Source: Girardia tigrina | Taxonomy: Eukaryota | Length of the DNA stretch: 54,542 nucleotides | Direction: 5' to 3' | Assembly (NCBI GenBank): GCA_001938485.1 | Contig: MQRK01180317.1 | Location: 32,107-86,648, forward strand | Shown: positions 37,946 to 51,129 of the stretch, piece after piece | How the letters are laid out: the number at the start of each line of letters is the position of its first letter | How positions within the stretch are numbered: the stretch's first letter is position 1 | Position numbers and translations under genes: made by a program | Notes under the pieces: generated by a model | Seen by the model: only the letters and a program-made list of their open reading frames with translations | What the model was told of the DNA's origin: nothing | Database searches by the model: none

Positions 37946-39430
37946 CTCCCTCTGTCCCATATTACTATATAGTTTTCTCTTTGAGACCGTGGATTATCAC
38001 GAATATGAACATTTACTTAATTTTTTTTCTCTTATGAGTTAAATCAATTATATTTCAATTAATTTCAAATCAATTATATATATATTTTAAATTTTTATCC
38101 ATAAAGATGGAACGAACTAAACGTGAACTTTCTAATGCCCAAAGAAGACTTATATATGATGATATGTTAAAACAAAGTACTGAAGGAATTCTTAAGAGAG
38201 GTGCATACAAGAATATTGCAGCTAAATACTGTGTGTCTATTCAAACTGTAGCTAAAATCTGGAAAAGAGGTAAGGAAAATAATCCATCGAATGTGAATTC
38301 GTTAAAACGCGGTAGAGTTGGCCCAAGAAAGAAGGATTATGCATTAAATGGACGAATTCGAAATGTACCACTAAATAGACGAAAAACTGTTAGAGCACTT
38401 GCTGGTGCCTTGAACATTCCAAAATCATCTTTGCATCGTCGTATAAAAAATGGAGATGTCAAAGTGTGTACGTCACCATTAAAACCTTTTTTAAAGGATG
38501 CAAATAAAGAGGAGCGTATTATGTTTATAATGCGTCAGTTGCAATTTTTTGAAAATGGTAAAATTCGTTTCCTAGATATGTTTGATATGGTACACATTGA
38601 TGAGAAGTGGTTTTATCTTACTGAGGAAAAAGGTCGATACTACCTTGAAAAAGACGAAATTGAACCACATCGCCAAGTAAAATCTAAAAGATTCATAACA
38701 AAAGTGATGTTTCTTGCAGCTGTGGCTAGACCAAGATATGATACACATAACAATGAATGGTTTGACGGCAAAATCGGCATTTGGCCTTTCATAAAAATGG
38801 AACCTNNNNNNNNNNNNNNNNNNNNNNNNNNNNNNNNNNNNNNNNNNNNNNNNNNNNNNNNNNNNNNNNNNNNNNNATGAACATCTTAGATTTAGGATTC
38901 TTTAGAGCTATCCAAAGTGCCTACTATTTAAATAATCCGTCTAATATTGATGACATAATCAAGTTTGTTGAACAATCTTTTAATGAAATGCCTCGTGATA
39001 CATTGAATAAGGTATTCTTATCTCTACAAGATTGTATGATTGAAAGCATTAAAGTCAATGGAGGTAATAACTACAAACAACCACATATGGCCAAAGATCG
39101 CCAAATCAACAATGGCATGCTACCAGTGTCGTTAGCAGTAAAAGCAGAAGTATTTGCAAATGCTCTTTCTGTTATGAATAAATAAAAACTTAAATAAATA
39201 AAATTTTTGGTATTGTTTTTTTTTGAATTATACGTTTAATGGCAGATTGGTGTCAAAGCAAAAACGTTTTTATGCACTTATATTATGTAGCTATCATTTT
39301 AGAAAACAGGTATAAAATTTTATGAAAATATATTAAATTCCATTAAAATATAGAATTTTAAAGAAAACTATACAGTAATGTGGGACAAATAAAAAGCAGA
39401 AAACTATACAGTAATATGGGACAGAGGGAG
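37946..39430 (+). mobile_element. Plant-type mariner-like transposon (DD39D/Stowaway-type TIR), apparently young
   Basis: TA|ctccctctgtcccatattactatatagttttct ... agaaaactatacagtaatatgggacagagggag|TA (33 bp, 1 mismatch). A subterminal 26-bp copy lies at 39362-39387. Confidence 0.93.
38107..39185 (+). CDS. Transposase of the plant-type mariner (interrupted by N gap 38806-38876)
   Basis: Motifs VHIDEKWFY, KVMFLAAVARPR, WFDGKIGIWPF, NILDLGFFRAIQS and GGNNYKQPHM. No stops in the sequenced parts; the second catalytic D lies in the gap. Confidence 0.9.
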
Positions 39431-40249
39431 TACAATTTTCAATACATTTATTGGAATCACAACTTGAATTGTCACAAGGACAATCCTCCATAAAATTTTC
39501 GTAGCTCGTCATCGTTCTTGATTGATAAATTTTAATTTTCTTTCTAAACTTCTAATTATTGAAACAAATTTAAATTATAATTTCATTTGCAAAATTATTT
39601 AAATTTTTTTTGAAATATAACATTTATGATTAAAATATATTAATTTCATTTTAAAGCTGTTATTTACTGTTAGGAATTAAAAAATATTAGGAAAAATTTT
39701 ATATATTTAAATATGTAAATTTTGTAAAAGAATTGTACAAATTACTAATATTTAATGAAACTGTTAAGAATTAAGGAATTTTTTTAGAAAGTTTAAAATA
39801 TAATATACTAATTAAAACTTCGAATTTTTTTAAAAATTAATAAAATTAAACGAAACGATTAAATATTTTAAAATGTTATCGTAATTTAATATTGATAAAA
39901 TTTATTCAAGACAAAATTTATAAAATTTAAGTAATATCAAATACTTTTATTATATGTATTTTTATTTATACCAGTTTAAGATTTATAAAACAATTGTTTC
40001 TCAAAAAAAAAAGTTTGTTTAAATGTTAGTTTTAAACATTTTTTTGTATTATAATAAAATTTGAATATCGGAAATAACTTGGAAAATAACAAAGAACATC
40101 TAACATTTACATTTGTTCACTGCAAGAGTGTGGGCGCAGCGCAGCTGCGGGACCCCAACACTGAGAATGTGACGCCTCCATGTCGTGTATAGGGGGAGAG
40201 ATATAACAAACATTAACTGATAATTTAACTGAGGACTCACATTTCTCTT

Positions 40250-40620
40250 TTATTTGAGTCATCGTCTCCATTTCTCGGCTTTGAAAACGCTTTTTATCAT
40301 TTTGGATTTGATTGATAGATGTTTATCCAGCAAATATGTTTCAATATTCGTCCGAGCAATAAAACCAGAATTGTCGAAATTGATCTTTATGAATTTACTA
40401 AATCTTGACGAGTTATTATTTATGGTTTGGGCATTAATCGGCTTGCATCATTATTAAATTGCATGTTATAGAAATTTCCGTCATCATTATCGATATTATT
40501 TACCGGATAAAAACAATAAGTACGCAGAAAGCCGTGAAAGAGCAGTCGACCTTGTGATACTAACGGACTTTGAAGTGCAGCATAAAGCATCCACGTCGAT
40601 TTCCGACGTATTCCGATATT
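40250..40620 (-). mobile_element. Possible Chapaev3-like transposase relic
   Basis: IGIRRKST..YAALQSPLVSQG and IITRQDLVN loosely resemble recalled Chapaev3 N-terminal motifs. A CACTG lies at 40118. Confidence 0.25.
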
Positions 40621-40983
40621 CAAAGGATTTAAAATTTTGCTGTCTCGGTAATTGTGTGCTCATAAAAAATATTAAATTTCCGGACAAAAGAATAATTCTC
40701 CAAATAAACAACAAATTAAATCACGTACTTATTTATTTCCATTTTTTTCCCACGAAAAAATTAATTTTTTATCTGTTTAAAGAAAAACACATTTTTCACA
40801 ATTTCCAATCATAAAAAAACAATTTATAACACCTTTATGTAGATCATTGAGCCCTTTTCTTTATTCTTTACAAATGTTTCATATTATTGAGATTGACAGA
40901 ATAATCAAATATTCAACTAATTTTCATTCCAAATGTTTTACAAACAGTTAACTATTTTTGATCTCAGCATTGTGAGTATCAAA

Positions 40984-41390
40984 TTATAAATTGTCTTTTA
41001 GGCTTAGTTCGTATAAAGATTTGAAAACGCCATTTGGAATTGACAGTAATTTTTGAGGAGTGTTTATTTCGATGACTTCTCCGTTTTCCATTTCAACAAT
41101 TCTGTCCGTATCGAGAATCATATTGATTCTGTGAGCAAACAGTGCTATGGCGGCAATAGTCTCTTATCGTTTTAATCAACAATTTGTCGGTCTCTACATC
41201 CACAGAAGCCGTTGCTTCATCAAGAATTAATACTTTCAATTTCCCTAATAGAGCTCTAGCAAAGTATAATAAGTGCTTTTGACCAGCAGAAAGATTTGTT
41301 CCTCCTTCACCACAATCATAATCCATTCTTTCAGGCAAGGTTGAAACTCATTGTTTCAAATGAATAGTTTCTAAATTTTCTCTCAAAGTT
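40984..41390 (-). pseudogene. ABCC/MRP-type ABC transporter NBD2 C-terminal fragment
   Basis: [12 protein letters not shown] (signature) and [16 protein letters not shown] (Walker B/D-loop), then a frameshift, then [31 protein letters not shown]...GVFKSL*. An in-frame stop lies upstream. Confidence 0.88.
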
Positions 41391-41552
41391 CTGGTATTCT
41401 TTGGTCAATTTGACATCCTTCATCCATTACTGTTAAATGGAAACTGAAAACTCAAACTTTCAAATCTCTCTGTCTCTCCCTCCTGGTGAAATCAAACATT
41501 TTTAAATTGTCCATATAAACCGACGGTGTAAAATATTTAAAATATCGATCTC

Positions 41553-41632
41553 TCATCTGAATAGGAGAATCACAATCCTAAAATAACATACCAAACAGCA
41601 TACAATAAACACCTTTCAAAAATATTTCTCAC
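41553..41632 (-). repeat. PLE-associated dispersed repeat copy
   Basis: catctgaataggagaatcacaatcctaaa...gcatacaataaacacctttcaaaaatatttctcac. Confidence 0.75.
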
Positions 41633-43655
41633 AAATATGAATATGATAAAGATAACAATTGACAAACAAAGAATGTATCCAGTCTCAGATCTGGTGTAGT
41701 TGAGAAAAGACACCATTCTCTCAAATTTTCATTTGTTCAGACGTTTCAGTCGAATTACTTTAATGAGATTTCCGATTGTTTTTGATTTAATGTGATTAGT
41801 TTTTGGTTGACTGTCAATTGCTATCATTATCATATATATCCTTTACCGAGTAAAGTACGGAACGATAAAGAAAACATATCATTTTCTCAAATCTCAATTG
41901 ATATCTGCCAATGGTTGGTTTCCAAGAATCGAACTGATTGCGTTGTGTAATTTTGTTTAAATTTTAAAAATTATAAAATAAATTAATTTTTAACAAAGGA
42001 AACTTCGGGGGTATCAGCTGTATAATGTATTAACTTCAATAGGGTGTTGATTGACCTGAAGATTTGACGTTTTTCTCGAAAAACGTTACGTTAACGTAAT
42101 GAAAAAAACTAGGAAAGTCCAATTGAAGTGTCAAAATCGTATTGTTATTTAAGTTGTCTTTCATAGCTCGACATTAGGATCTTGGTATAGGAGTAATCTT
42201 AGTACTTATTCCTTAGGAATTTCACGTTTCTTTTAAAAATGTTTAAAAACTGTACTAAGTTAAAATAGAAAATATTTTAGAATTTAATTCATTTAATGAT
42301 GAGTTTACAAATAAGATACATGTTTTAAAATGCTTTTATTGATGTATTAATTATTGAATCAAAAAATGATCCAAAAATATAGATTCATGGGGCAAAAGTA
42401 TGGCATAATTTATAATACATTATGTTTTGTAGTAAAAAATTGTTCTTTTAATAAATTACGGCTGTGTATTTTGATATTTATTTTATTTCTTCGTTTTTTT
42501 TTGAAATTTGTATCCACGAGTTGTATGGATTCCGTTATAATTTTTAATCTTTCTTATCAATACTTGGAAAAAATAATAAAAGAAAATTATATGATTTGTT
42601 TTATCATTTAAATAATTATATTATTTTTTTCCATTCCTTTTATTTGGCTTGCTATGTATATCCATGGAATTTAGAAACATAATTTTGAAGGCTTTTTACT
42701 CAATCAATTTTCTTCAAACTTTGCTCACTTACTCATTCTCGATGACAATAAATGATTATGTACAAATTTGATCAAAAAAACTTTTTAAGATCTCAAAAAT
42801 TGGATCAAAACGGTCCCATCGGAGTTCTTTAATTTTTTATAGTGTTTTTGTTGAAAATATTTTTTTAATTAAAATTTTGTGCGTTAAGTAGAGTTCTGTC
42901 TTATATAACAAAGTTCTGTTATATAACAAAAAAAGTTGCATTATGTATTATTTGAAAATTGAAAAAAAATTACCAAATTAATACCTTATATTCTATACAT
43001 CACTTTGATATTATGCTTCTGTTTGAAAGAACCAATTAACAAAGATAAAATTTGTTGATAAAATTCTATTTGGAATCAATTGAAATGTTTTGTTCTGATT
43101 TTAAAGAAAAATTTTAATCAATAGACAACAATTTATCAATATGCACGATTCTGGAATGTATTTGAAATGTTTTTATACATTTAGTAAACCTAAAAAGTTT
43201 TAGGACAAGAACAGAAAGACAAATAAAAAAGCCTAATAATTAAAAATATATATTTCAAGTTGTCACAGAATCTAATTGAACGAAGAAAGGTTATTCTCAT
43301 GATTGAATCTGTACGGTCGATAAGCAATTAAAAGATTAGGATGAAACAGAAGCTGATTTGTACCACTGTTTTAGATGTAATTATTTTTCTCGCAGAGAAT
43401 TGAGATATATAATTTGCAATAAGGAAATAATATGGTTATTTTATCTTGTTTGAGACTGATGATTATTATTAACAACATCAATATGAGGTTTACAACATTT
43501 ATTAATATTACAAGCACATTCACTATAAGACATCTCTCTTGATCAATTTTTTTTCTGAGTTCAAACTAATTATTTTCAATAAATGAAAATCTGTTAATAA
43601 AAATTATTAAATTATAAAGAATCTAATTGGTTAAAATTAAATTACATTAAAAAAA

Positions 43656-43706
43656 NNNNNNNNNNNNNNNNNNNNNNNNNNNNNNNNNNNNNNNNNNNNN
43701 NNNNNN
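43656..43706. other. Assembly gap
   Basis: Run of N. Confidence 1.
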
Positions 43707-43750
43707 TTAAATTATTTTTAATTAGTAAGAATCAAAGAAAATATCAATCA

Positions 43751-43830
43751 TCCATCTGTGTAGGAGAGGCACAATCTGAATCAACATTCTACATGCACAA
43801 TATCAATACACAATTCAAAACATTCCTCAC
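43751..43830 (-). repeat. PLE-associated dispersed repeat copy
   Basis: tccatctgtgtaggagaggcacaatc...ttcaaaacattcctcac. Confidence 0.65.
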
Positions 43831-44099
43831 AATTATAAAACGAAACATAAAAAAAGTTTCTTTAAGATTCGTTTTGTCTGTTTATTTATTCGTTTGAAGA
43901 GAAAGTTGAACAGGATAACATCCGTCGTTTTTAATTTTTTCAACAGTAAATAGAAAATGTTAAACTAAAATTAAAAAGAAAGTGGTACTTATTTATGCGT
44001 TTATCAATACTTTCAATATTGCAATTAATTGGTTACTTAATTCAAAGAATTATTTATCTAAATCTATTTATCTGTCTATATATATGAAGCTTTAATTAT

Positions 44100-44390
44100 C
44101 GAAATAAATTGTTTGAATTATCAATGATACCCTGTATTTACACTTTCCTCCTCTAGCTTAGTTAACAAATCTTCATCCCAAAACTCAGATTAATGAGCAT
44201 TCACAATCGAATTGATCGAGTAAGGTTCGTTATAAATATAGAATCTCTTCTGTTTCAAATGGAGAGTTTTCTGTTTCACATTATGAGAGACATTTCTGTG
44301 AATCATTATTGATAAAACAATACAAACCTTAATTAATATTCATAATGGGCAAAGTAAGGCTTTTTCAAATCTTAAAATCTGTAATTAAAA
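44100..44390 (+). mobile_element. Penelope-like endonuclease C-terminal relic
   Basis: Reads QINEHSQS...SHYERHFCESLLIKQYKP. DNA similarity (aatgggcaaagtaagg) to the inverted copy at 2880-2990. Confidence 0.65.
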
Positions 44391-44589
44391 TGAACAAATT
44401 TTAAATTAAATTAATTTAATTTTAATCCATTTAATTTTAAATTAAATGGACAACCATTAAACTTCCGCTGCTCACGTGGCGTTTAAAACAAAAGTTATTG
44501 CTTGGCATCGGAAAGACACTACACATTTTTTAAAATTTATGTTAAAAAGACTACATAATTTTTGTATTATAAATTTTATTTAAAATTAA

Positions 44590-44910
44590 ACTATTCATTG
44601 TCAGTTTCAGATAGATATTCTTTTATATTGTCTATTTCGTCTTCATCTGCACTATCAATTGCATCTGAAAATTCTGTATCCTATGAATTTATTATTTCCC
44701 GTAAATATTCTGCGTTGTTTTTATCCATAGGATTGAACAAATATAAAATTTAAAAAATAATACATATTATAACTTAAAACCTCCAGCAATTAGATAAATG
44801 TTGTAAACTGAAAAAGCGATATTACCTATACGTTTGACACTTATGTACAAAATAATTCCTTTTGAATTACCACAATAAAATCTATAAATAGACTTGAACG
44901 TTAAAACAAA
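44590..44910 (-). pseudogene. 3' fragment of an unknown gene with 24-31 nt mini-introns
   Basis: gttttaac..tatag and gtatagg..ttcag segments separate FYCGNSKGII, YNIYLIAGGF and an acidic tail DAIDSADEDEIDNIKEYLSETDNE*. Stops are present. Confidence 0.35.
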
Positions 44911-46369
44911 AATAGTCTAGCAGATACACAAAAGCAGGGGATTATATTCAGGAGACAGAAAATACAGATTAATAAACGGAATTGACGTCTGACAGACGCC
45001 CAGCGAGCAGAGGAAGGTTAATATTTAATAAAATCCTAAAAAATAAAATATTTAATGATAAAATCTCTCATCGATCATTATTTTATTATCTTAAACATTA
45101 CTCTACAGTTACTGGTGACGGAAAATAAGGTTGCGAAATAGTACAATAAGCAATTTCTTAAAAAAACCTTAAAAAATTTTTTTTTCAAAAATATTAAATT
45201 AATTATTTAAATACACAAATAATTATTAATGTTTAAATGTTTACTTGCCAGAGACTTTCAAAGAACATAAATAATGAAAATAATTTTTCTCAGTCTTCTG
45301 TTGAATTATACAAAGAATGAGAATTTGTCTTTGATAGATTAAAATGGAGACAAAAATCCCAGAAAAATATTCTGTTTTTTTCAATCAAAGAGAATTATTC
45401 ATATCAATTTTAAATTTTTGATTTTTAAATTAACTAGAAAATTATCCATATGATTTATTATTTTTTTAAATGCTTCGTATTTTACTGCTAAATAGTTGTA
45501 ATAACCTTAATACAGGCCAAAATTCAATGGCGTTTTACGTTTAAAAAAGTTTTGTTCATGAATTTTTTTTCAAGGCCGAAAAGCGGAGTAAATTAACAGG
45601 ATCGTTGGGGAAACGTTTTGTGCTTGTCAGCAGCCGAGCGAGAGATCATTAAAGTTTTTTCTATTGTTTACTGCCAATGAGATCTTCATCGCAACCAGCT
45701 GTTACTCAAAGTATTTTACCGGTGCTATTGTCTTAATCGTACAAAGACATTGATATTATCTATGAGAGCGAAGGTTTGATTTAATAGAGGTAAACCAAGG
45801 AGGCAACTTGCAAAAGAAGTACATATATCGAAAAAACTTTCAGCGGGTCGGTAAAGAAACGTTTTTGTTAAGTATTGTAGGTCAAGCAGTTTGTCAAATT
45901 GGGTAAAATTGATTATAAACGACTGCTAGTTGTAAAATTCTCATCTTTTCTGATAGGAGGTTTTCCTATGTTGACTGTTGTCTGCATCGTTGAAACACGA
46001 TAATTTTATGACTTGCCAGCCTTACTTGATGTACACAAGCATCCAAGATTGGTTTATGTATAAATTATGTATTCGGTGGTTAAATATTAGTATCTTGTTA
46101 AACGAGTAATTTTCATTTTGCTATCTTTAAAATCTTACGTTTCTTCTCAGACCAAAGTTTAGAAAACCTAAACTGATGATAACGGAATATCCAGATAATA
46201 CAAAATGAATTTTTAAGATTAAAATTATTTATTAGGTTGTTATGATGTTGATTCTGACCTTTCATAAGCTTGTAGAACTCTTAGTAAACTTGTTTTTATT
46301 AAATTAGGAAAGAATTTAGAAAATAATAAGAATAATAACCGAGGAGGGTATTTTAGCTAGGCAAATAGG

Positions 46370-46620
46370 GATGGTGGTTTTTCCAAAAGACATCAGGGTT
46401 ACCATTTCCGTGTATATTGACTTGTTGAAGTCAAATGTCATCTCATGGCTCTGGAAAAATTAGTTTCTGGAAAGTGATGCTTTCACGTATACTTTGAAAA
46501 TGAAGAGCTTTCAACCCATTAGATTAGGATATTTGATCACACGTTGAGGTAGGGACCTGCGCGAGTATTGAAGAGCAGAATCACCAGTGCTCGGACCGAA
46601 ATGTTTTTTTTTACTTTTTT
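46370..46620 (+). mobile_element. Tc1/mariner (maT/DD37D-like) relic
   Basis: Reads FFPKDIRVTISVYIDLLKSNVISWL and FNPLD*DI*SHVE..C. Confidence 0.5.
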
Positions 46621-47771
46621 TCAGCGAGTCTGTAACAAACCATTGATGATAATAAAAATATTTTAAAGTGAATGATGCATAATCATGCAGTGCTTCAAAT
46701 AAAGTTTGAGGATATCGTAACCATTTTAGATAGGTTGCTATGAGCAAAATAAAATTGCGGTGAAATGATTACGTTGATAATTTATATAAAGAATATTATA
46801 ATTGCATAAATAAATGATTTATGAATGAAGGTATATAAATACAATATTGAGTTTTATTGACTCTGATTTGATATTTTTTTAAAAAAATAATTTAGTCAAA
46901 TATTTTGTAAAAAGTGATCATTTTTTGATGTTTCCTCATCAACACTTATAAATTGTAACATATTAAAATATTTATTTAAATGTTTTCTTTAATAATAGAT
47001 TTTAATATCCAAAGATATTTTGAAAAAATAAAATATAAATTTTAAAATGAATATCCAATATTTTACATTTTCAACTAGAAATTTATTAAAAAGCTTTAAT
47101 TAAATTGTTTTTTTTCAAAATACAATAATGTTTATAAATTTAGATTTTGTCAATTGCATCACATAAGTTATTATTATTTATTATTTTCCTGTTTATTTAC
47201 CAAGACAGAAAATATAAAAGAAAAAAATTTATGAGAGTTTGTATACTTATATTTATTTGTATTTTTATAGATTATTTTTATTATTTTCTTAAATTTCAAA
47301 ATTTAAACTAGACTACTTTTCGAACACGCTAATTTATTAATGTGATAAATAATAATTAATAAACAAAAAATATATTTTTATTAGTCCTAATACAATAAAA
47401 TATATAATAAATTAAATTTTTTATTTAGTAAAATTATACAACATATGTATTTCAATTTTGGGTTTCATGTTTCTTGAAAGGAGAATGTTTAATAATTGAA
47501 GTTAATTAACTGAAAAATGATTTATTTTATAATGAGCCATTTACTATAAACTGAACTAATTTGCAGAAAGTTATAAAAAAGGAATAATTCGGAAAACACA
47601 TTAAAAACAGGAAGCTCAGTCATAAACAAATATAATGTTAATTAAATAATCTCACATCAAAAGAATGTAAATGAAATGGAGATAGCAATAAACTTTTCTA
47701 ATTTATAACTTTCGTGAATCATTAGGCAAAAATAATTGATTTTTTAAATAATAAAATATGTTTTTATAAAA

Positions 47772-47813
<42 letters not shown>

Positions 47814-47944
47814 AAAATTTAAAAAAACAGATGATATATTTTGATTAAAAGTTTCGATCATCTTCAGCAATTTTATTTTTTTTATATTTTATTTTTATTT
47901 TCATTATTTTTTTAAAAGTTTATTTTATTTTAGTAATAAATAAC

Positions 47945-48900
47945 AAAAGTACTTGACATTCTTAGGAAACGGTTGCATGATAATATATATGTACCCGAAG
48001 AAACTAATAGAAAAATATTAAATTGACGATACACAGAATCCTCTCTAACAAAACCAAGAATGAGGATAAAGGGGAACGCCTTGGACTTATAAAAATTCCA
48101 TAGCAGAACGTTTGAGAAGATTGAAAAATAACATTTATAAAAATACTGATCATGACTAAATAGTTGGTGTAACATCTAAAATATGAAATTACTTTACAAT
48201 AAAATACAAAACTGACAATTTAGTGAAATCTAATCTTGTGTACAAATTTAGAATTGTCACAGGTGTAAAATTTCAATACATCTATACCACTCAACACTTC
48301 AAACTGAAAAAAATGGAGACAAACTTACTGTCCAATATAAGAGTTTATTTTCACAATCTATGCACCAGACATATTTTAGATAAGAAGAAAATAGAAAAGA
48401 TTCGTATAGACACTATTGGAATTTGACTCCTGCTATCGATCGACATTATGGCCTGCACATAATAAATTAATTAAATTTATTTGTTAAAAAATAATATTTT
48501 TAAAGGCGCAAAAAATGTTTCCCAGGTTTTAAGTTACTGGTAATTTTTATAACGAATAAACTGTCGCATTATTTCTCTAATAAATTAAACACTTCATTTG
48601 GTGTTCAAGCTAATCTAGTATGTCAATTTAAATGTCACAAGTGTGGAGCCTTGTACATTGGAGAAACAAATCGATTTCTCTGCACTAGAACTGCTGAACA
48701 CACCCACTCTAGTAGAAACAAGTACAAAAATCAAAAATAGAGGTAAGGTTAGGTATGAATCAGAATTTAGAATCTTGAATAAAACGATTGACACATATCT
48801 TTATGGGATAGTCTCTTAGGCATTATTAATAAAGCTATTTAAACAATGCTTTAATGTCAACAGTGAGTTGTCTAATTGTATATATTTTTTTGTTAATTAA
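47945..48900 (+). mobile_element. Decayed Penelope-like element (RT remnants plus GIY-YIG)
   Basis: ANLVCQFKCHKCGALYIGETNRFLCTRTAEH at about 48610-48700, then FRILNK...ALLIKLFKQCFN. An inverted hammerhead-like remnant lies just upstream at 47851-47872. Confidence 0.75.
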
Positions 48901-49212
48901 AATTGTTATATAGTCAATGTTCCATATATTAGGTTGATGCAAAAGAAATGTCGTTTTTAATGTATTTAATATTCATTGTTTGAAATATTTAGAAAATCAT
49001 TAATACATTCATATATAAATTTACTTTAAAGTTTAAACTTTACTCTATATTTTGATACCAAGTGTGACATTATTGTTGTTAATTTAAGGTGTATTTATTT
49101 TATTTTAGAAATGTTAGAAAAGAAGGAAATGAGAAAAAAAATTATTCTATGATTTCAAACTAGGTCGAAAAGTGACAGAAACAGCTGGGAATATTAACAA
49201 TTTATTTTGACA

Positions 49213-51129
49213 TGTTATATTATGACAATAATATTAATAATATGATAACCAAAATTCAATAAATGTAATTGACGATTAATTTATATATTTGAATAAAACC
49301 ACATTACATCGATTATTAAAATAAATATTTAATTATAATTAATCAAACTTTTTTAATTATTCATTTTAATATCACATTCCCTTCTTTGAAAATCATTTGT
49401 ATACTGGTTTTGGATTTCTCGTACTTCTAGTCGGGTACCTTCTCTCATTGCTCTATATTTGGTCGCTCTTCTTCCATTTCTATGTCCGTATACTGGTTTA
49501 GGTTTTTGTTTTCTCGATCTGTACTTTGCCTTTTTTAGCTCTTTAATCTGATTGTAGTTTCGCTGTATTTCTTTATTAGTTCCTTCGTGATAAAGAATGA
49601 ATATCCAGTCGATAATAATTTTCTTGATAATAAACGGTCCGATATATTTGCATTCAAACTCTGTGCTCTTTGGTTCTTAATCATTACTCTCTTTATCTTT
49701 TTCGTTCTGTTCTCGTGCATTTTTCTCGATGTTTTCGTGTATAATTTTTATCTTCCATCTCATTTCATTCACGTATTCCTCTGTGCTGTGATATTTCTTG
49801 TCTGTGAATGATTCTGGGTAATTGAAATCGATCCGTGGTCTGTGTCCGAAAAAAGTATTTTTTTCCGATATTAATGTCGGTTTGTATTTATATAAATTTT
49901 TTCTCAGACGTGCTCCTTGTTTGTTAATGTAATTACTATATGCTTCCTCCAGCGTTGGTTTTTGGTTGAAAATCATCTTCGATTTTTCTTTTTTACATTC
50001 CGATCCGTGAATAATATTAATTTGTTTGTCCCTGATACGACATTTTCCGTCTCCGGCGGCCCATCGCTCAAAATCTCTTCTTCTTCTTGTCGTTAATGTC
50101 TTAATCGTTTGATGCTACAGTCTCGAAGAACGTGATTTGTCGATCTGCACCCATAGCAGTTACGTTCCTTGCAGAATTTAGCGATATGTTATATCTTCTT
50201 TCAGTTAAAACACGTTCTCTTCTCCCCTGAATATGGTTGTATGTCCTTAGTTGCGTATCTAGACTCGTATTGTTTGTATTGCGGTTTATTTCTTGTTCCC
50301 GCTATTATCGCCTTTAGTTGAATGATCTCGTTCTTCAGTTTCTCGTTTTCGAGTTTTAACTGTTTAATATGTTCCCGATCGTGTTTCATATAATAAAGAT
50401 TTTGGTCGTCATCGACGAGTCTTGTTGGCTCTTGTTCATCTTTGATAAGTTCGATTTCTTCTTCGAGTGATTTTGGTTTAAAAAGACGGACGATCGTTAC
50501 CATGGTCCTATTTGTCAAACCTTCCAAAAAGGCTTCAATCATTATGTCTTCTTTCATTTCCTTTATTCCCAGACTTTCTATGCGTATCCTTTTGGCACAG
50601 TCACTGATGCTTTCGCTTTTTGCTTGGGTAATTTGGAACAAAGGTCTGATTTTGATTATTTCAGATTTTTTCTTCTCCAACATTTTTAAAAGTCGTTGAG
50701 TATAGCCCTAGATATTCTCGGATTCGTGATTTTAGGATGGATCACTTTGAATTTCTTTGTTAATTTCCTCGTCGAAATATTTCTGGAATAATTGCAATTC
50801 CTTCTTCCTTTCATTTTAACCGAATGTGAATAACTTAACAAACTCTTGAACGTTTCTTAAGTGCGGTTGACCTTGCAGAATGTTTTTTGTAAACGAAAAG
50901 TTTTGTTTCTTTTTCCCTAAAGAGAAATTCGTCCAAAATATTATTCTTACCTGCTCGTGACGCCATGTTATATTATGACAATAATATTAATAATATGATA
51001 ACCAAAATTCAATAAATGTAATTGACGATTAATTTATATATTTGAAAAAAACCACATTACATCGATTATTAAAACAAATATACAATTATAATTAATCATG
51101 CTTTTTTAATTATTCATTTTAATATCACA
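49213..51129 (-). mobile_element. Non-autonomous Ty3/gypsy LTR element (1917 bp)
   Basis: 164-bp TG..CA LTRs at 49213-49376 and 50966-51129, with 6 mismatches by manual count. PBS TGGCGTCACGAGCAGG at 50950-50965; PPT aaagaagggaa at 49377-49387. Carries gag with two CCHC knuckles and an integrase tail with KYIGPF. No protease, RT or RNase H. Confidence 0.93.
50100..50683 (-). pseudogene. gag: gag (capsid-like region plus two zinc knuckles)
   Basis: ITQAKSESISDCAKRIR...AFLEGL, then CFN*KKI*HIAKFC and CYGCRSTNHVLRDC. Confidence 0.85.

Noticed and set aside
42050-42096. Hammerhead-like CTGAAGA...GAAA-aacgtt
   Set aside because: Stems I and II do not pair convincingly in register.
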